Of a DNA stretch of 64,000 nucleotides, positions 1-12,585 are shown in pieces. Origin of the DNA: the human T2T-CHM13v2.0 reference genome, Homo sapiens; NCBI RefSeq assembly GCF_009914755.1, contig NC_060947.1, one strand, 5' to 3'. Position numbers and translations under genes: made by a program. The stretch's first letter is position 1; each line of letters starts with the position of its first letter. The notes beneath the pieces are model-generated. The model had not been told where the DNA came from. It made no database searches and saw only the letters and a program-made list of their open reading frames with translations.

Positions 1-1329
1 AGGGAGTGGTTCAAAGGAGGTTTCATCAAGAAGAGAGTAGTACAAAGTTCTAAACTGCTTTTATGCTCTCTTTCAAAGACTATGTGACCAGGACAAGTCA
101 GATTTTACAAAAGGAATATAGCAGATACATTGTGCAATGCTGATCTCAGAGGCTAGGGCCAATACCCTTAGAATAGGCTAAATGTATTACTGAGATTTCA
201 TGATAAGGAGTTATGTTTTAAGGGAGCATGATTTGACCTGTAGTATATCCAAATCTAAAGTATATTATAACAAGCTGCTATTGTATTCCTCTTCAGGTAT
301 TTTTAAAGAATGAGTTAACCTTTGTGAAGTGTCGTGAGGCCATCAGGTTAAAGAAGCCTATATCAAATATCATTTTAGAGCTGTTAACAATACTCAATGT
401 ACCTAGAAATACAGACTGAAAATAATCAGTAAACCATTCACTATAGTCCCCCTGGTATCAGAGCAGCACAGTTAACATGCTAACAGCTAAGCTTCATGTG
501 CTTAGTGGAAGAAAATGATCAATGGCAAAGAGCATATCCACCTTGGAAATGACATGATCCATTATAAGAATCAGATGTTAAATTGCTTCCTGTACTGAGC
601 ACACTCAATTAAAAGTCTGCACAGTGAGATCATCTCGATGGTTAAATATGCTCTGTGGGAACAACCTTTATGGAGCTTAAAAATCACAGAAGGACTATTC
701 CTACCATGACACTGGAGATTTGGAAGGCATTTCCTTCCCTTATTTTTCAATCTGCTAGTTTTATTAGGAAGCCTTTTGCCTGAGAGGCTGCTGAGTTTTG
801 GGTCATACCTATCCACCCTTTTGCTTCTGTGAACAAGAGATGATTCTAGTGATCTTTTTTCTTTGTGATCCAGAATGGATGAATGTGGCTTTGGTCCAGA
901 CCTCTGTACAAAAATGTGTCATTTATGTACTTGGTATTTGATGTCCTTTATCTCCTTTTCAGCAAACTAATCTATTCACCTGAGTTCTGTCTCCTTGTCT
1001 AACTTTTCCTTCTTCCTTTGGCAGGAGTAGGGCCTGAGGGCTGAAAAGAATGCTAGACATTACATAAAATCAGCAGACCTGGTTTCTTCTGGCAGGTTTG
1101 CAATTAGCCGGGTCTATGACCTTGGACCAATTATTTAACCTTTCTGGTTCTCAGTTTCTTCATGTTTCAAAAACTCATATATTTCTTGTTCATTTTTTAC
1201 CATCTGTCTCTCCCTGACAGACTGCAAGCTCCATTAGTGCAGGAATCTTTGTTTTCTTCACTGATATATCCCAAAAGTGTAGCAGATGGCACAAAGAAGA
1301 TATTCAATGAAAATTTGTTTAATAGATGA

Positions 1330-1766
<437 letters not shown>

Positions 1767-3909
1767 CCAAGTGCTATTTTCTAACCCCTCTCATGTCTGT
1801 CCTTTCCTTTCCATCTACACTTAAATTCCCTTATATCAAGTTTGCGTCATTTTTTTGACTATATTCTACAAACCATTTACCGAATGGTAATGGTAATGGT
1901 AATCTCCAAGTCATTTACCGAACGACTTTGCTAAAATGCAAGCATGGTCATGACACTACCCTCTTTAAACACCTTAAATGGCTTTCCTATTGTCCTCAGG
2001 GTCAAGTCCAAGCTCCTAGGCATGGCATACAGAGACCTTCATGATCTGTGGTCTTTTGTGATCACTTCCTCAACCATCAGTAAATATTAAAGACTCTTTG
2101 CACATTGTATCTCTCTCTCTATCTTTTAGCATTTAGTGCAAGGTATTTTCACCTTTATTCACATTTGCCTCCCCAACTATAGATGTTTCATCCTTCTTTG
2201 TATACTATTGCCTCACATGCTGTCGGAGACATAATAGGGGCTCAGGCTCAAGAAATGTTAGGCAAATAAACAAGTAAATGAGGAGGTTTTGACTAGTGCA
2301 GTAGTTCTCACACTGTGAGGCAAACTGCTTAACTTCTCTGTGCCTCAGTGCATTAAAATCCATAGGGATGCTGAGATGGATGGAAGAGGAACATTTAATG
2401 AATATTGAATCAGATACCTACACTTTTTTCCAGATCTAATATTCTATAGGGCTATCATTTTTTTCCCTCATCATTTCATTTGTTTTGGTGGGTAAGGGTT
2501 GTTTGGGGTGAGAAAGGAGTGGGGTAGGGTTTAGGGTACTTCATCTGGAAGAGAGAGAAGGAGGGGGCAACATACAGGCATGTTCATAATTACCCTTTTC
2601 CTCCCATTCTGTGATTTTCTTCTTGGCCAACAGGACTAGTGCATGTCTTTGTGTGTTAGGGAGTAGGAATGGGCAGGGAAAGAGAAACTCTCAGTACATT
2701 GAATTTAATGTTAACTCAATGGAAATACAAATATTTGAATTTATGCAACTGGAGAGTAGTACATTACCAGGAATTTTATCTAATTCTGAGGCATCAGGAA
2801 GGGCACATAAAGGATGTGAGTGATCTGAGGGAGCAATTATATGATTCAGAATCACTGTTTGATCAATATGTATTTATTAAATCATATATAAAGAGGCAAG
2901 CTTTTGACTCACTGTAAAGCACCCTACCATAGTAAAGACATTAATGTTGGTGTTCTCTAGGGTTCTGATTTTCTTCATTCTCATTTTCCACACTCTCCCT
3001 GGACAGTAGCTTGCATTCCTGTGGTCCCAAACTATGTTCCAAATATTTGTCTGTAGCTCAGGATTCTTCTCTAATTTCATTATTGACTATCAACCCCTCG
3101 CTGGCCATATGCAAGCGGGATCTTCTGCAGATGCCTACAACACAGCATGTCCACAACTGAGCTCACCATAGCTGGCCCCTCTGCCCCAAACCTACTTTTC
3201 GGCCTATGTCTTTTCTCTCTCAGTTGGCGGCACTTACTTTTGCCTAGTCATCCAAAGCAGTTACCCTGTCTCTTTTCTCTACATCTACCGTGGTCATTCC
3301 TCTCTAGTCTGTTTCCACCTCACCATTCTCACAACTACAGCTTCAATTCAGGCCCTTCTCACCATCATGCTCCTTGACTACTCCAATAATCACATTGCAC
3401 ATGTCTCTTAGTTCCTTATATCATTCAGCTACAATTGGTCTTCTCAATAGTCTATCTCAAAGGTGGTTTGTTTTAAATCACTCAATGCTTTCCTATTGCA
3501 ACAAGAAGAAATGCAAATTCCTCAGCATAGTGTGTAAATAAAACTCCCTATTTTCTGGCCCCTGCTCATCTCACCAGTTTTATCTCCTTCTGCACTCCTA
3601 GGCTATAGCTATACCCAATGGCTTGCAAGTCCCCAAATGTGTCATTTAGATTCATAGCTCTATTTCTTTGTTTAAACTGCTCCTTCTGCCTGAAATGTTC
3701 GTTCCTCTCTTGTCCATGTGATAAACATGCAATCATCATTCTGGTGTTAATTCAAATGTTAAGACTTCTACAAAACCTTACCTGACTGTAAGGCTTCTTC
3801 TCACAAAAATAGTCTACTGCTCCCTCCTTTGTGCTCTGTGACACAGGGCCCTGGACATGGTCCAACAATGATACATTTTTATATGTGGTGAGTTAGATAA
3901 TAAATTTTA

Positions 3910-4150
3910 GAGGACAGTGCAGTATAGTGGTGAAATGTATGAACTGTGAAGCCAGAAGCTATATGATTATATGATTGTCTCTGGGCAAGTTATTTCACCT
4001 CTCAGTGCCTTGGTTTCCTCATCTGTAAAGTAAGCATGATTATCATACTTACAGAGTTGTTATCAGTGAGTTAATATATGTACAATGCTTACAATAGTGA
4101 CTAATACATAATAATTATTATGTGTTTGCTACAATAATAATAACATTAAT
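3910..4150 (+). mobile_element. MIR
   Basis: MIR core ctgggcaagttatttcacctctcagtgccttggtttcctcatctgtaaa. Confidence 0.8.
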
Positions 4151-5058
4151 ATTATCATTTTTAACTTAAAGCTCTAAGCCATGATAGTGTATCTGAAACA
4201 TGGAAGGATGGAAAGTATTCAGTAACATTTAGTAAGTAAATTAATAATCAAGTTAGGTCCCTATTGTACAGTCTCATAATACCCAGAAACTTTCCCTTTG
4301 TAACCTTTTTCTAACTTGTTCAATGTCTCTCTGACTAAACTGTAGGATCCATTTGTGCAAGGACCACATCCACCGTGTTCACTACTATAACCCTAGCATC
4401 AAGTACCATGCCAAGCACTTAGCAGGCACATGTATATTTGTTAGACATAAAGGTTATAGAGGTTATATATACATATAACCTCTATATGTATATAGAGATA
4501 TACATATCTATATCCTATACCTAAGGATATAGATATATATGGTTTTTAAGATTTTCATTTTCGTTATTATTAGATTACCTTTAGCATTTTGATCATTTTC
4601 TGAAATTGTAAAATGTATTCCTCTTTCCTGTATTACGTCTATGTGAGGCAACAAAATTTCAGTGAAGTATTGTTAGAATTGCAGTGAATTATTACGCTAA
4701 AATTAAGCCTTTTAACAGAGAAATTCTCCTCTTTCCTTACGGTGTAGGATCACAGACTTTTCAGCTCATGAGCTAATCCAGTGGTACAAAAAGTCCCACA
4801 GTGCTTCAATCTTTCCTGCTTACCACGTCATTTTACATCTTTAACAAAATTCATAGGCAGAGGCTTTCTAAGAGTTACCACTTATTAATTATACTTATTT
4901 AATGAGTACATGGTTTGAAGAAAAATGGTATAAAGAATGACTTGTTATTTTTAGAACTTATAATTCAGGCAAAAAGACAAGCCATGTGCACACATATCTA
5001 CATCACAATGTTTTCTGTGCTCTTTAGCAATGTGCATGGTAAGATTTCAGGGGATCCT

Positions 5059-5388
<330 letters not shown>

Positions 5389-6176
5389 TCAGGAAACATT
5401 TTATGGAATGGCTAAAATTATAGTTAGTCTTGATGGACGGGTTGGATTTCACTAGGTGGAAGTACAATAGCATCTCATGAAGAGGAAAAGGCATGGAGAA
5501 AAGCATAAAAATATGGTTCATTAAGGGTAAGGAGAGCACATAGATTACTTTGGCAAAGGAACGATTTATGCAGGAAGCAAAAATAGAAGATAGGCTGGAG
5601 AAAGATTTTTGGAATAGTTTGTGGTAGGCTTTTGATCATAGACTAGGACACTTGAAGTTTATCTACAGATAATGGGAAACTATAGAAGATGCTAGAGTAG
5701 GGAATGAAAAAAGGAAAGCAATGTTGTAGGAATAGCAATTGAGTGGCAATATAGCAATATGTAAAATGGGATAGAGTTCCTGGGCTAAGTTGTGCTTTTA
5801 AGTGATGGGACACCCAGTAGAAATATTTCGCAGATGGTTGGAAATGCCAGATTATTTGAGTTTGGGAGAGATATAATTTGAAATCATCTGCATAGAACTG
5901 ACAGTAGGAGACTTGGGAATGTATTAAATAACTGTAGGAGAATACAAAATGAAGACAGAAATTCAAGCACAGACCTACAAGGAAAAACAAGATGAAAAAA
6001 ATAGGTAACAGCGTATTATAAATAAAAATGCAGTAAAATACTAACCTAGGACATACCTGGAAACCTCTTAGGACTCACAAAGGTGTACAGATCATATTTT
6101 AAGAAACACTGCCTTAAGGAAGGAACAGTTAGAATTTAAGAGTAGAGGAAGGAGAAGGAAATTAACTCCACTACAC

Positions 6177-6377
6177 CTGTTGAGCAGTCAGATCCTGTCC
6201 ACTTGGGATCACAGCTGCATACTCCAGCGTCCAGAAGAAAAGTTCCGTGTCCTGAGCACTGCTCTTGACATACAGGAAGTGGTGTTTCACAGTTAACTCC
6301 TCCCCAGCCAGTAGAACAGTGACATTCTCCTTTTACACAGATGCCATGGTTGGAACACATTGGGTCTAGGCAGTCCT
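6177..6377 (-). CDS. TENM1: TENM1 coding exon, 201 nt, phase 1-1; EGF-like repeats 4-5
   Basis: (E)[66 protein letters not shown]. Acceptor ccttcag|AG, donor ACAG|gtgtag. Confidence 0.97.
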
Positions 6378-7709
6378 CTGAAGGCACAAAAAAGTGGGGG
6401 GGAGGGGTGATTAATAGTGAACAGGTATGGCCAACATACCTTAGTATGATGAAACGGAGATTACATTGATTTCCTAGTTTATATCATCAATGCTGCTTTA
6501 ATTAGGCAATAAAATGACTCATGCAAACACTCTGTCCAAACCATATTATTAACACTTCAAAACATGGTGGGGTATCACAATGGTTGCAATCTCAATTGAG
6601 AAGGAAAAGGAAACCACACATGTGCTGTGTGAAACTGTGAACAGTGTGCAGTACCCCCACACAAATAAGTGGGTGGAGTACTGTGGGCCTTCAACAGGAA
6701 TTGCTCAGCTTCGCAAAAAAGCCCAAGAGTTTTTGCTAAGTCATTCCTTATCCTTTCTGAAAATGGAAGCGATAGCTCCCAGAGAAGACTTTTACTTGAT
6801 ATGTCTAGAGGAGTTTATATAAATTTTTGAAATTTGGATTATTCAAGGTATTGGGTGAGGTGAATGCTGTTGCATGAAATAATAAAATTTACATCAATTT
6901 ATTATAATCTCTCATTTATTCCTTAAAAGTACTGAAAATGTAATATTTTAAACTTAATTTAAAAATTCACTTCTTCATGGCTTCTCCTTCTATGAGAACA
7001 CGGTGACATAGTTTTCAGTGTCTTAGAATATCACAGATCCAATTCCATTTGTCTCTGATTCTGTGAGTCTGGAAATTTTTGTATACATTCTAACAAATGT
7101 GTATACTGTTTTAGAGGTAGGTTCTTGTGCTTGCCTGGGGGAAAAATTGTTTTGTGATTTTAACTAGTAACCATTCCATGGGAAATAGAAAGGTTGATTT
7201 CCAAATTTCTAGTCTTTCTATACAAATAAAATGAGACTAAAATAACTAATCGTAATGAGGACGTATGATTTGAATTACTTCTCCAGCAATGCAAATAGAC
7301 TGTGACAACCCGCCTGCATTTCCAAGACTGCCTAGTTTTAGGGTGTGGCTTGGGTCTGTGGAACAGAGTAAGTCTAACTAAGCACTATTATAATTGGTGT
7401 TATTGCCACTATAATTAGCCCAAGAGCTTGGAGTCATTAGCACAATAATTTATTATCTGAGCTAATAAGCAAATAAATACCAGAAGGTACATCTAATTTG
7501 ATTCATGATTTGAAGAGAGAGGGAAAGTCCAAAGTATAGAATCTGTTTTCAGAAGAAGGCCATTTTGTTATATTAAAGAATAATAATTTTAATAAAGTAG
7601 TATTTAACTTAATACAGCCTATTTTATTAAGAAGCCTGCTTCAATGTATTCATGGAAGTCATATTTAAATCATTCATGTCATATTTAATTTAGAAGCACA
7701 AAATCATAT

Positions 7710-8050
7710 GGCTAAAGGGGCCAGGCAGGTGGCATACAGGAAGGAAATGGGCCATATGGAAGAAAAAAAGGGTGTGTTGGGAGCAAACTGAAAGCAAGCG
7801 CCCTTTTAAAAAGAACTGCTGCTACTTGGCTCCAGTTGATTGCCACCACGTAGCAATGTGGGCCCAGGGTCACCAGATTTTCTAGTGTTTAGAGAAGCCA
7901 GAAATAGGAATTCTCATGTGGCAGTTCCCTATTTTTAAATTTTGGCAAATAAGTCACATTAAACAACAGCAACAGCAGCAACACAGTGTGAGCCAAACAA
8001 AACCCATTCAGAGGCCTGGTTCAGCCTGTGGGCTCCTGCTGCAAAGTTTG
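7710..8050. mobile_element. MER102-like hAT-Charlie remnant
   Basis: caatgtgggcccagggtcaccagattttct...gagaagccagaaat resembles the recalled consensus. Confidence 0.55.
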
Positions 8051-8403
8051 ACTTAAAACATCTTTTTTTCTATTGCATTGGAAAAATTTATACCATTAAA
8101 TGTACTGAGCATTATTCCTTAATATCTTGGTTATTCTACAGATATTCTTAGTGACCCCGGAGAAGACAAATTTAAGTGAACTCTTTTCTAAACTGCTTAC
8201 AAAATTTAAATTAGAGGGGTCTAAATTAATTAGATTACATGTTTTTCATGGCAATTTGTAGATGTGATAGTATTTTTTTACTAACACTGTGTGGGTCTAT
8301 ATAGCATATGAATTTGCAACTTAAATATAATTATTTCAGCTGGATCACCATAAAAACACTTTCTGAAAGTAACTCAGAAACTCCAGTGCCTTGTCTAGGC
8401 CAA

Positions 8404-8622
8404 ATGCCATTTATATATAATATAAATGGCATATATATATATATATATATATATGTGTATATATAATATAAATGGCATATATATATGTATATGGCAGATA
8501 TATACATATATATGCCATATATATATATAAATTTATATATATATGGCATATATGGCATATATATATATAGACATATATATATAAATTTACATATACATAT
8601 ATATATATATATGGCAGATATA
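8404..8622. repeat. AT-rich low-complexity (TA)n array punctuated by ATGGCA/TGCCAT
   Basis: Directly visible. Confidence 0.9.
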
Positions 8623-9528
8623 ATCATCACACCAAAATTCTACTATCGCTAATGGGAGGTGAAAAGCTAAAGTCTTGCTTGTTCATGGAGTGGAATGAGA
8701 TTAAACCCGTTAGAATGCTGTGTAATAGTCTTAATGAGCCATCTTTAAAAAGCAATTATTGTGCATTTCCAGCAGCCTCTTTCCCGAACAACAGTTATGA
8801 TGAGACCATCTCCCATGGTAATGGTTTAATATTATTTCTGAAATCAGTCTTGTTTGAGGAATGTAGCATGAAAAACGTCTGATTACTAGTAAACTTATTT
8901 TCCAGTGCGTCTCTTTAAATGATAAAACTTGCCATTTCAAAATTTTGGGGGGATAAAGACTCCTTTGGGGTGAATTTAATATAAAGGCATGGCTTTGAAA
9001 CTCATTAGTAGTAAGCCTGCTTCCTTAGGCATGGAGGTCAAGTTTCAGCATGAGGTATGTAAAAATAAATAATATAAAGCAATAATAGTAATGGTAATTA
9101 CAAAACACTCCCAAAGAAAACATTTGCAAAATGGCTGCAAACGTGCATATATTATTATTTTTATTATGTGCTTTAAAGTGAGATGTAGCATAATGCATTC
9201 TGTAATAATGAAATCATATGAGTTAACACCTAAAATCATCAATATGGACATTCTCAACCTAGAAAATAGTGAGAGAAATTAGGGATGTACAATACTATTT
9301 TTCATTATTGCTCTGAAAGTGTCACAGATACAGCCTCATGTATAACATTAGAATCTGTCAGAAGAGACAAGAGCTCCGCTGACCCAAACCCTCTGCTGCA
9401 TGTACTAAGACGCTGAGCATTTATTGTTTGCAAAGGCCACTTGCATCTCTACTAGGAGAACAGAATGACACCTTGGACAACTGAGTGAGAGAAAAGCCTG
9501 AAGCAATAGATTAAAATGGGATTCTGAC

Positions 9529-9723
9529 CTTCCTCGCATATTTCTCCTTTGTATCCTGGCACACAGATGCAGACTCCCATGATGCAGGTGCCGTGGCCAA
9601 AGCATGTTGGATCAATGCATTGTTCTTCCGGAACGTCACACTCTGGCCCCTTCCAGCCATGCCGGCAGACACAGTGTCCTTTCTCGTATTCTCCATTCCC
9701 ACCACACAGCACAGGGCAGGAAT
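9529..9723 (-). CDS. TENM1: TENM1 coding exon, 195 nt, phase 1-1; EGF-like repeats 2-3
   Basis: (D)[64 protein letters not shown]. Acceptor ccttcag|AT, donor GAAG|gtcaga. Confidence 0.97.
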
Positions 9724-10744
9724 CTGAAGGTTGGCAAATGAACTTGTAATGTTCTCATAATGCTTTCAAAGTCTCCAAAGAGCAATTCTCTATTGATTTT
9801 CGTATTTCAGGCAAAAAATTGTACTATTTCTGTCTTACCCTTTATTAAATAGGCACATGTTCATGATTACAAACAGAATTTTCCTCTTATGGGAGTGAAA
9901 TAAAGGTAAATTAAAAATATCCTGAGTGGAGAAATTATTTCAAGTACTTGCATTTGATCTCACCCTACTCTTAAACTGTTATTGTTATTATTTTAAGCTA
10001 GGATTTTTCTTTCTTATATTTTTCTTCCTCAGGGAGATATGTGTTTACTTTTAGGAAGCAAAATCTGAAAATTTAAAAAGCAATAAATGAAGTTATTAAT
10101 GTTATAAAATATTATCTTTAAAAAGTTGTGTAATTAAATAGATTTCTATTGGACAGATGTCTGTTCCTATAACACATTGTGCAGACCTTTATTAGAATGC
10201 TAATTCTGCTTTGTCATTGTTAGTCTCCTTATTAAAACTATGCACTTTTTGAGGACAAGGCCTGTATTTTTTGTCTTATTGATTTTTTAATACCAACCAT
10301 CACCTCCACACTCAACCCCCACCTCCTCAAGATCTATCATGGTGCTGGGAACCTAGCAAGTGTTTTAGAATTCGCTACTGAATGGAATTTAATAGAAAGA
10401 AACCAAGTGTCTGAGAAACCTGATATTAAAATATTAGCAGACTGGGAACTTTAAGAATACAGTGAAAATGAGCAGAAAACATCTCTGAAATAATAACTGT
10501 AAGTCTACGGGAAAACATGATGTGATTTACCTAAAGCTTTTCAAAAATTAAACTATGGGCAAGTCCAGGAAGAGTGAAGTTTGCTAAGTTTGACTTCTGA
10601 CTTTCCAGTCGTTACTTTGTAGGCTCCTTACTCATTTGGTGATAACCCACCCCTTCCACATACATTGGTGTGTACAAGCAGTTATCAACTTAGTTCACTT
10701 TTAAAGTCAGCTCATTATGAATTAGTTTCTGAAGGAAATACAAG

Positions 10745-10952
10745 CATCACATAGTGACTGGTCAGACAACCTATCTACAAATCCCAGCTGTTAGGTAACC
10801 CTGGTTAAGTCACTTAAACTCTCTGGCATTGTTTCTTTGCCCATAAAAATTGGATAATAGCAGACCTATCTCATAGGGCTATTGTAGGAAGTTGGAATTA
10901 AAAGACGGAACACAAAGTGTTTAGAACAGTGCCTGGCATAGTAAGTGCTCAG
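10745..10952 (+). mobile_element. MIR
   Basis: aagtcacttaaactctct...cagtgcctggcatagtaagtgctca. Confidence 0.75.
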
Positions 10953-11094
10953 CTTTTGGCAGCAGCCATAGGGAACACTGCTGCTGTTGCTGTCACCACT
11001 ACTAATGTTACTTACTATGACTATTACTACTAATTCTGGGTTATGAAATCACATCTATTTTCCTAAACCAATCAGAATAACAGAGCAACATTAC

Positions 11095-11196
11095 CTCTAG
11101 CACAGTCAGGTCCAAGGAATCCTGGGAAACAATGACAATGGCCAGAGATACACTCTCCATTTCCATTGCAATTGGTTGAACAGTCATCCATTATTT
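11095..11196 (-). CDS. TENM1: TENM1 coding exon, 102 nt, phase 1-1; EGF-like repeat 1 (not in the ORF track)
   Basis: Read by hand: (E)[33 protein letters not shown], six Cys in EGF spacing. Acceptor ttactag|AA, donor AGAG|gtaatg. In frame with both neighbours. Confidence 0.96.
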
Positions 11197-12116
11197 CTAG
11201 TAATACAGAGAAAAAGATAAAAAAAATGAACGCATCTCCAGGCTGTAGAGTCTTTATTTTTTTTTAAGTTGCAGGAACTCTGGACCTATGACAATTTTGC
11301 CCTTTGCTGTTTGTGGAGCACTTACTGCTCAAAATCACATACAAAGACATCTGTAAGATGTCACATGCAGTACAAAATTATAAAAAGGGCCCTGGGTTTG
11401 CTGACTTGGCCAATCAAGAGTGGAACCAAAAAACATCATTATCTCTAAAGCACATAAATGTTCTAGTTCAACTGTATTCTTAAGAGACATTCATGATAAA
11501 GCTAAAAAATGTACCAGGATTACAGGGCATTTCTCAAAAGCAAAACAGGCTTTAAAATGTAACACAGATGACTAAGTCTACTGTTTATTTTTCAAATTTA
11601 GGTTTTAGCAAATAAAGTTTCTTCTCTAGCAACTTATTTAATCTACTATCTTGACAGCTTAAATATGATATTCAGTATTTCATTTTCATTAATAAGTGAC
11701 AATGGAAGGCTTTTAAAGTAAGTGTTCATATTAAATTCACCACCACTAAAAGCATTAGAACCTAAGTATTTTGTTGAGAAATGCTTTCTGAACTGTAAAT
11801 GCTTATCCGTTTTCTGCCACTAATTTCCTTTCAATCCATTCTTAGAGAAGAATGGATTTCAGATGAATTGAGATGGCTTTGAAGGTACCGATAGGTAGTT
11901 CTGGTGACATAAATATGTACCGTGCAACAGAACTTTTATAAGACTTACAGTAACTTCTCTGAAAATCTATAATATTATACAAATGTCAGTCTCTCTGACA
12001 ATGAGGTGAAAAAATGTTTGTATTTTAAAATTGTGTTTGAGCACAATAATGATCAAATTCTAAGTCTGAACTATTATGGTACCTATGCTTTATTCTCGCA
12101 GGGATTTTTTTTTGTG

Positions 12117-12125
12117 GTGTGTGTG

Positions 12126-12155
<30 letters not shown>
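12117..12155. repeat. (GT)n microsatellite, interrupted
   Basis: Directly visible. Confidence 0.95.
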
Positions 12156-12156
<1 letters not shown>

Positions 12157-12409
12157 TATCGTCTCCTCATTACACCTTTCTATAAATTTCTCATACTCAG
12201 CATTCTTGGACTCTGAGTTTAGTGTTCTGGCCTATTAAACTCACACTTTTCTTGTGTACCATTTTTTCCCTTTTCAATCTAAATTACCTGCTTCACCAAG
12301 TTTCACTTGGATAAGCTATTTCTGATTAGAAGGAGAGATTCTAGGAGGTGGTCCTGATATCTTCCACTGAACAATAAGAGTGAGAATTTATAATGAGGGT
12401 CGAGAAATA

Positions 12410-12585
12410 GCATTTCTACAATTGTGGCCTGTGGATTACTTGTATCAGTAGATCACCTGGGGCACTTAAAATGGAGATGCCTGTGTTTCAGCTCTAGATC
12501 TACCAAACCTGCTTCAGAGGAATGCAGCCCAGTCATCTACATTCTGACAATCACCACATGAGAACATTGAGAACCAATGCTTTAA
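12410..12585. mobile_element. MER5-like element
   Basis: gtatcag..atcacctgggg...cattctgacaa...ttgagaaccaatg. Confidence 0.55.

Noticed and set aside
9405-9749. Overlapping ORFs in alternate frames and on the opposite strand over the EGF2-3 exon
   Set aside because: Short by-products of a GC-richer, stop-poor exon, with no recognisable protein similarity.
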